Below, in pieces: positions 50,713 through 57,036 of a DNA stretch of 57,036 nt. The DNA lies in assembly GCA_045837725.1 (NCBI GenBank), contig JBEWZL010000210.1, forward strand, positions 62,001-119,036. Direction: 5' to 3'. A model generated the notes under the pieces. The model saw nothing but the letters and a program-made list of their open reading frames with translations, searched no databases and had not been told where the DNA came from. Every line of letters starts with the position of its first letter. Position 1 is the first letter of the stretch. This DNA is from Vermamoeba vermiformis. Lineage: Eukaryota. The translations under genes were made by a program, and so were the position numbers.

Positions 50713-50959
50713 TAGGTATATAAAGAATAAAATTAATAAAACAGGTTTGTGTTCTGCTAATTGCGCGGGATCTTTAATTGTCCTTGGCGAGTGAACTAAT
50801 ACTCGTCACTTAGCGTCGATTGGGCATAATCAGAGGTTTATTTGGGAGGATCCTGGTCGCTAGGCGATGAGGGGCCTAGGACGCGAGGTATACCCCAAAG
50901 AGTGATTGAATGGAGCGATTTAGGCCCCAAAAAGGATATTTAGTAAAAATGGTTGGTGT

Positions 50960-52033
50960 TTATTGGTAAAGGGCAGCGGATGTGGCGGTCGATAAGGTCG
51001 CACAGCGATTCCAGAACTCCTTATCAAGCATAGCCAATTCCACAGTGCGTGGAACTGCCAGCTTTTGATCCAAAGAGAATGAAATGTAGCGCCTGTACGC
51101 GTCCGAGACCCAGTCACCTTGAAGCTTCACCATGGTCTCAGAGACGCCCGCAAGAAGAGCGCAAGTAGCGCCACCTTTGCGAAGCGAGTGCCCTGAGAAG
51201 GAGTCGGCAGGTAGGCCCGCTAGGGAGCACTGCAGCTTGATGACTAACACGGAGTTAGTATGTAGGGAGGTGACAAGGTCACGTTATGAGTACTCACGCT
51301 TGTTGAGGTGCGAATGCACCAAAGGTGAGACTGAGCCGCTGGGGCCGCGGAAGAGGAATAGTGAGGTGCCGCACTGAGCGGGACAGAGCTCCCACATATC
51401 CCGTAAGGCTTGAACGGGGCACATAAAATTCCCTGGCATAAGTACCAACGGAATGTGAAGTGCCCGCTCGTTGAATTGGATCGTCTTTGTGCGCTGGAGG
51501 GAGATCAGGACCCCCTCAGCTGAAAGCGTCATGTTATCGGGCGACACGTGGCGAAGACTGTCGAAATTTCGTTTGGTTTTCTGGACCAAGTTACTGGAAC
51601 GTAAATAGGTCCAGAAACCAGTCACTAGCACCGCCCATAGTGTTCGGTGAAGCGAGGACGACCAGTCCAGTGTAGCACGGACGCGGGTGAGCTCCACTGG
51701 CGTGAGGGGAGCCTTGCTGTTTGGCCGAGATCCGTGCACTCGGGCGACACCTTTGACTGTTGTTGACAGTGCAAAGGACTTCGTAGGGTCATCGACACCT
51801 TTTAACTTGTGGAAGGTGCCGATGTGCGAAAGGTATGCTGAGATTGAGGACGCTTTGACCTCGTGGTTAGCCAGGTAAGCGACGTACTTGCACAGCGTAT
51901 CCGTTGTAGCTGGGAAGAAGGGGAGATCTGAGAACACGCAGAAACGAGCGAAAGCCAGCACTGCCAACTCTCGTGAGCGAGTTGTAGAGTCTGCGTAGGC
52001 TTTCGATTGAAGGAATTCAACCGTCAATGACAT
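50960..52033 (-). CDS. Tyrosine recombinase, two exons (52033-51298, 51243-50960)
   Basis: Catalytic set FWTYLRSSNL (R), RTKT (K), GHSLRKGGA (HxxR), GDW, AYRRY (Y). The halves are joined by removing a 54-nt GT-AG intron. Confidence 0.93.
51244..51297 (-). other. Spliceosomal intron inside the retrotransposon recombinase gene
   Basis: Minus strand GTGAGT...TACTAAC...TTAG, 54 nt, contains the in-frame TAA. Removal gives HLNK-L-IKLQCSLAGLPADSFSGHSLR. Confidence 0.88.
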
Positions 52034-53648
52034 GAACTGGGATCTCGGGGCATGGGCTCATGGATAAGCCGAGGTCAAGCAGGGGGCCGAAGTTGCGACG
52101 AGAGGCTGCGTCTGCGACAGTGTTGAGTCTTCCTTCGATGAATTTCGCCGTCAAATGAAAATTGAATGATGCTGAGATCCAGAAGAGATCTCGCAACATT
52201 CGCATGATCATTGCCGACTTGCTAGTGCCTTTGTTGATAGAGGCAACCACCGTAGTATTATCGCTTGCTACGATAACACGCTTGTTTCGCCACTGGTGAC
52301 GCCACTTGAGTGCTGCCAGGTACACGCTGAGCAGCTCAGTTTCGTTGATGTGCCACGAGCTCGTAGTGGCGCAGTGCAGGCGGACAATGAACTGGTCATC
52401 AAAGACTGCCGCGCATGCTATTCCTGAAGCATCAGTCTGTAGCCTGATGCTTGTGATAGGCACGTGATCCAGCATGACTGCGTGACCATTCCATGATGAC
52501 GCAAAGTTGATCCACCACTGAATGTCTGCCTGGAAACACGCGTTGAGGCGAACAGGGGCATTGTGAGACTCCACTAGGTTCACAGTGTTGATCAGGCGTC
52601 GCATGAACGTTCGCCCTCCTCGAATCACCTTCGCGGCAAAATTGAGGCGACCCACTAGTTTCTCGACGTCGCGCTTAATCGCCCACTGCATTCCTACAAA
52701 GGAATGCAGCAAGACCAAGATGTCATTGAGCTTATCAACCGGGACTGACAGTTGCCTGGCCACTGTGTCGATCACGATGCCAAGGAAAGTGACCACAAAG
52801 GCTGGTGGCACCACTTTCGCTTCGTTAATGTCAAAACCTAGGTCTGTCAGGCAACGGCGAAAGGCTTGGAAGTCTCTTTCGGCGTTGGCAGAGGCCTCCT
52901 CCTCCGTGTCACCAACAGAAATGATCAGAAAGTCGTCCATGTAGGGCACGACATAACGCACATTATAGTGCTGTTTGGCGACTTTCGCAATGTAATTCGA
53001 AATTCTCCAGAATACGTACGGCGCAATGGAGAGGCCAAAGCACATGCGCAAGTCAATGTAGAACTTGCCATTCCATTCGAACCCTTGGAGGTCCCAGTGT
53101 GACGGGATGACAGGTACGTGACGAAAGGCGTTCTTGATATCGAACTTTGACAGCTTGACGTATCGGTACTGACGGATGATGTAGACTGCGTTGTCCACTG
53201 ATGCAAATTGAAAACGCCTGGGGTCTGTGAACGCGTTGAGTTGGGAGCCCTCCGGTTTGCTGAGGTCTGTTATGCGCCGCCATTTGCCTGGGCCTTTGGG
53301 GACTGCGCCTAGCGCATTCAACTTCCTGGGCATGAAAGGGACTTCGACGACGAAACCAGCATCGATTTCTTCTTGAACCTGAGCGTTCATGAACTCGTAA
53401 CACTCGTGAACCGAGCTGTAGTTGGCCACTCTTGAGGGTGGCACAGTAACATCGGGGCCAACTATAGAAAGGCCACCACCTGGGCGAAACAACTCCAACA
53501 TAAACTCCCTGTCGGGGTCATTGTAGAGGTACCGCTGCCAGATGTGTAGCTTCGATGTTACTGTACTAGTAGGGGCCCTAATCTCTATGCCCGGTTGCCC
53601 CCAGGCGTGGCCGCTGAAGAATCCTGGCCGGACTGGCCTTTTGGGGCA
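52017..53648 (-). CDS. Reverse transcriptase / RNase H (frame open from 53648; first ATG at 53501)
   Basis: GAVPK..GKWRRITDLS, KFDIKNAFRH, MCFGLSIAP, YMDDF, TFLGIVID; RNase H TDASG, INETEL, SDNTT, NTVADAASR. Confidence 0.95.
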   Translation of the reverse strand, partial: CPKRPVRPGFFSGHAWGQPGIEIRAPTSTVTSKLHIWQRYLYNDPDREFMLELFRPGGGLSIVGPDVTVPPSRVANYSSVHECYEFMNAQVQEEIDAGFVVEVPFMPRKLNALGAVPKGPGKWRRITDLSKPEGSQLNAFTDPRRFQFASVDNAVYIIRQYRYVKLSKFDIKNAFRHVPVIPSHWDLQGFEWNGKFYIDLRMCFGLSIAPYVFWRISNYIAKVAKQHYNVRYVVPYMDDFLIISVGDTEEEASANAERDFQAFRRCLTDLGFDINEAKVVPPAFVVTFLGIVIDTVARQLSVPVDKLNDILVLLHSFVGMQWAIKRDVEKLVGRLNFAAKVIRGGRTFMRRLINTVNLVESHNAPVRLNACFQADIQWWINFASSWNGHAVMLDHVPITSIRLQTDASGIACAAVFDDQFIVRLHCATTSSWHINETELLSVYLAALKWRHQWRNKRVIVASDNTTVVASINKGTSKSAMIMRMLRDLFWISASFNFHLTAKFIEGRLNTVADAASRRNFGPLLDLGLSMSPCPEIPVHVIDG

Positions 53649-55054
53649 TCACTCTCTGAGCACTTGGACACAGGGTGGCCCCACTTCTTGCAATGAGAGC
53701 ACCGATGCATGTGCACACATGATTCTCCATGCTTGCACCTGTTCTTGTTGAAATTTCGGCAGATCTCGGGCGCTTGATTCTCGCCGCTGCGGCGTTTCAC
53801 TCCCGAGTATACTGAGTATGACTGAGAGTTGCTGTGACCCCTATTCAGGAGGTGCTCACGTTCAAGCTCCTGTGGCCTGGCACTCCACGAATGGAGGGTG
53901 CGACGCTCCATCGCCGTGCGGAACGCTTCGTCATAAGCCATCACTGTCTCCCACGTATGATTCTTGTTGAGCTTGTAAATCCAGCGCACATAGCTCACAT
54001 AGTGAACGAATTCAGCGTCTGAGAGCCCTGGGCTTTCTCTGAGGCGGTCGCAGCAGCGCATCGCTGCCTCAAAGTACTCGCTCATCAGGGGAAGTGGAGC
54101 AGTTTTCCCATCCTTTACAGGATTGGCCAGCATTGCGTCAGTTTGAAGGCGAGGTGCCCAAATAGATTCTTTCTTCTTACTTGTAACCGCCAAAGACACT
54201 GGCAGCCGAGATCCGAGAGTGGCTGAAGGGCTTGCTTCATCTTCGGGCTGGACCCAATTGATGTAGTAGTTAATTGGGCCACGTGAGGCTGACGGGTCGA
54301 TTGAGGCACCCTGATTTGACGTAGAGAGCTGCGGATCGGCACTTGCTGCTCGATCTTGGGCGCCAGGAAAACCTGCTGCTTGCGTAGATTGAGGGGCTTT
54401 TGATGCCATAGAATTAACCCCCTCAATAAGTCTCTTGGCGTGGTCATCAACAGCTTTGTTCTTCGCGAGATCTCCCGGGCTAGGAACGGCAGATCTCACT
54501 TCTTGCGTGGTCACCACCGTCACTGGGGTTGCAGGAGCCGGGGTATTGGTGCTTGCCAATAATGACGGCATGATTTTAGACAAGGCATCCAAAAATAGCT
54601 GCATCTGCTTCTGCGCATCCGATGTAGCTTGAGTTGCTCCTTCGGGCTGGCCTGTAGGCGGTGGAGGAGGGCCTGATTGACCTTGTTTGTCATCACCCGT
54701 CAAGTCCATTGCATCTCCGATGGGCGGGGGGGTCAGATCGGTGTTCCGAAGCAAATCCAAGAATTGATCTTCCGTTCTGTCAGTTCTAGACTCAGCAATC
54801 TCCAAAATTTCTCCCCAACGATCTTTGTTGCGGACAAAATCAGTGTCGTCGAAGTGTTCTTGCCGGTTCGCTAAACCAACCGCCAGCGCCAGGGATGCGT
54901 AGATCCGCAACTGCTGCAGATCTGCACTCTTAAGGGCATCTGACCAACGAGTAAGGCCTTCCAACGCCGTTATATAAGAAGATTTCTTATTATCATTTGA
55001 GCGTAGGAGAGTTAGGAACGTCGCAACAGACGGATGTCGAACGGGGGCTTGCAT
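53585..55054 (-). CDS. Gag-like ORF1 of YR retrotransposon
   Basis: 489 aa; WETVMAYDEAFR motif, CCCH finger CRNFNKNRCKHGESCVHMH and knuckle CSHCKKWGHPVSKC. Confidence 0.88.
   Translation of the reverse strand: MQAPVRHPSVATFLTLLRSNDNKKSSYITALEGLTRWSDALKSADLQQLRIYASLALAVGLANRQEHFDDTDFVRNKDRWGEILEIAESRTDRTEDQFLDLLRNTDLTPPPIGDAMDLTGDDKQGQSGPPPPPTGQPEGATQATSDAQKQMQLFLDALSKIMPSLLASTNTPAPATPVTVVTTQEVRSAVPSPGDLAKNKAVDDHAKRLIEGVNSMASKAPQSTQAAGFPGAQDRAASADPQLSTSNQGASIDPSASRGPINYYINWVQPEDEASPSATLGSRLPVSLAVTSKKKESIWAPRLQTDAMLANPVKDGKTAPLPLMSEYFEAAMRCCDRLRESPGLSDAEFVHYVSYVRWIYKLNKNHTWETVMAYDEAFRTAMERRTLHSWSARPQELEREHLLNRGHSNSQSYSVYSGVKRRSGENQAPEICRNFNKNRCKHGESCVHMHRCSHCKKWGHPVSKCSESDAPKGQSGQDSSAATPGGNRA
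53639..53645 (-). promoter_or_regulatory. Putative -1 ribosomal frameshift slippery site (C CCA AAA)
   Basis: X XXY YYZ heptamer in the gag frame (GCC CCA AAA), 3 nt after the last stop of the -1 (pol) frame and followed by GC-rich self-complementary sequence. Confidence 0.6.
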
Positions 55055-55285
55055 TTAATTGACAAATACAAGAAAAAATTAACAATAATATTGGCTCGCG
55101 TGTATACGGCGCACCAATATATATAACGATGATAAGGATGAGGATTGGGTTCGACTATGACGTTATTCGCCAAAACCCAGAGCACGTGTTATTTTTAGAT
55201 CCACGTGCCGACCTGAAATCTCGCGTTCGTGATTTCTCGCTTCGTTCCACGCTTAATTCCTCTTAGTAATTACGCCTCTAACTAA

Positions 55286-57036
55286 ATGCTAAATTGGTTC
55301 AAATCAAATATTCTTAGTAAAATCAAATGGAGCAATACAGACGAACTCCGAAGCACGAATCAAAGGTCAGAGCTAACACCACGAGAAGAAAATCAAATCG
55401 AATCTGGCAACAAAATTGATAAAAGGAGCAGATTAGAGCAATTACAGCATTATAATTCCTCTGCACGTACAATAGCGTCGGACAAGTCTTTACCAGAATT
55501 AAACGAAGACGTATGGAGGCAAATAATTGCCGAGCTGCCGCTTGGCGGGCTTTCAGCGGTCCCTTTTGTTTCAAAATTATTCAACAAAATTTGGAATGAT
55601 ATGAAAATTGAAAACTCCGCTACTCTTCTTCAAATTTTTGGTAAGCTGAGCCCAACAGACGTCAGAAAATAATTAGATCTTGCTTACCACTTATTCAAGG
55701 CATTAATTGTACCTATTCCAAGCTTCCACAACACCGAAAATTAGTCGATGGATTTGGTACGTAGTGTTTTGAAGCAATCTAATCCGGATCATGTGACATG
55801 TCAGTTGCTATGACGTGCAACTAATCTCAGTTACTAGGAATGCTCTCACTATTAGAACGATCATTGAATTTACTGCACGCCAAGGATTACGATAACTTGT
55901 TGCTGGTTGTGCAGCGACTCAGGCGTTATTCCGCAATGCTTTCCAGTGTTGCATCAAGCCTGCGCGAAAACAATCCTTTACTTGATGACAGTCTTCGAGT
56001 ATTCTATTATGGTAATAATTGAATGCATTCAAGTGACGGAAAATAGAATTGAAAATTTTTTTACTTAGACATGTCTCCTAATAATCACATTGTTGCCTAT
56101 TGGGGTACTGACAGCGAGACCCCAAATGAAAGCTGTAAGTAGAATAATTATATTATTTCTGTGTTACAAGTGTCAAAAAAAATGTCACTCCGGATCCAGC
56201 CGGTAGACACTTGTCATAGCTATTGCCTACTTATTATGATACAAATGAAGTACGCTACGTTGTTTGGCAAGAAGAACGGCCATTATGTTGACGTGACATA
56301 CAAATGCAACCAAGACATGATAGCTGGCAGATCTATCAAAAGAAACTTCTTTAAAATCGAGTTGAAGTCCCTCAACGATGAAAATCAATGCAAAGAGATC
56401 ATTTTAAGCTATGCAGAAGTAGAATGTCAATCTGAACTCGAGGGTGAGAATGAAACCCACATTCAAACGATATCTGATTGGCTTGGAGTCGGTTATAATG
56501 AGAACCCGAACAAGAGCTCCATATTTGAAATCATTCGTGATTTGGTTGTGCATCCAGAACGAGTCAAATTGGATGCGGATCACATGACACTTGAACAAGT
56601 CTTGCAATACTCCCTTAGAATATTTTTGAACGGAGACATAAATTGGGAATATGAACTTGGTATTATGTCACTTCAAGCTTTTGCAAGACTAACTGCGCTC
56701 CGTCGGATCAAGGTATACCACGATCCGGATTATTCCGTTGTCATTGACTAACTCTCTGCAGAAATACCCCAAGCTAAGATCAATCGAAGCGATTAATATT
56801 GTTCGTGAGGTGGCTCGTGAAAACCAAGATAACGATGGAAGTATCGCAAGCCGGGTGGTTGGAAGAAAACGAAAATTCGATCACATCTCTAACACTGAAC
56901 CAAACGACACACAATATGAAAAGCCTCGAAAACGATTAAAGCTGGTATGGTTGGTTGGCGTATGACTGCTCTTTTGTACTAACATTGTGTTGCAGGCTAA
57001 GAACAAAGAGGCTGGTGTGGCGCCGCAACCGACTTT
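55286..57036 (+). CDS. F-box protein, multi-exon, probably running off the window
   Basis: LPELNEDVWRQIIAELPLGGLSAVPFVSKLFNKIWND (F-box) followed by further exons with GT-AG introns. Confidence 0.7.

Larger units (their letters stand above)
50773..55061 (-). mobile_element. Tyrosine-recombinase retrotransposon (DIRS order, Ngaro/PAT-like gene content)
   Basis: gag, RT/RNase H and YR ORFs in tandem on the minus strand, markedly GC-richer than the host. Boundaries proposed from the composition shift and an 8-bp direct repeat TTTAATTG at 50773-50780 and 55054-55061. No methyltransferase ORF. Confidence 0.9.

Noticed and set aside
50841-50928. Canonical HDV-like or hammerhead ribozyme call
   Set aside because: Stem order is suggestive, but the P1.1 GG and catalytic junction are absent and there is no CUGANGA/GAAA core. 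Kept only as a structural finding.
55089-55119. Imperfect hairpin ATATTGG...GTATAC...CCAATAT upstream of gag
   Set aside because: No counterpart at the other end of the retroelement; cannot be assigned to the element rather than the host promoter.

Overview
AT-rich, gene-dense eukaryotic DNA with many short GT-AG introns. It is probably from a free-living amoeba or similar protist (inferred from gene content, not proven). About 19 host genes are present: NOP56, an RNI-like LRR protein, several F-box-like proteins, an AAA+ ATPase, two convergent long coiled-coil genes, a Neverland/DAF-36-type Rieske sterol desaturase, DUF4246, PEX16, a Pol-beta-fold nucleotidyltransferase, an MRH-domain secreted protein, an alkaline ceramidase, a lone SAM domain, a Rho-like GTPase-SH2-SH2-UBA protein, an HPS6-like protein and a BTB-BTB-ankyrin protein. 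The right end holds a mobile-element cluster. A ~0.95 kb foldback element sits in the first intron of the BTB gene and is itself interrupted by an intact DD35D pogo-like transposon (52-bp TIRs, TAA duplication). Next to it is a 4.3 kb tyrosine-recombinase (DIRS/Ngaro-type) retrotransposon with intact-looking ORFs, the most unusual object in the window. Its recombinase gene carries a spliceosomal intron, gag-pol has a -1 slippery site, I can find no inverted or split direct terminal repeats (only an 8-bp direct repeat touching the gag ATG), and the 3' tail can form a pseudoknot. A ~1.3 kb T-depleted GC-rich block at 26.6-27.9 kb and three +1 frameshifts at 16.8-20.4 kb may be assembly errors. 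Multi-exon gene models were spliced by eye and family calls rest on recognised motifs, not database searches.
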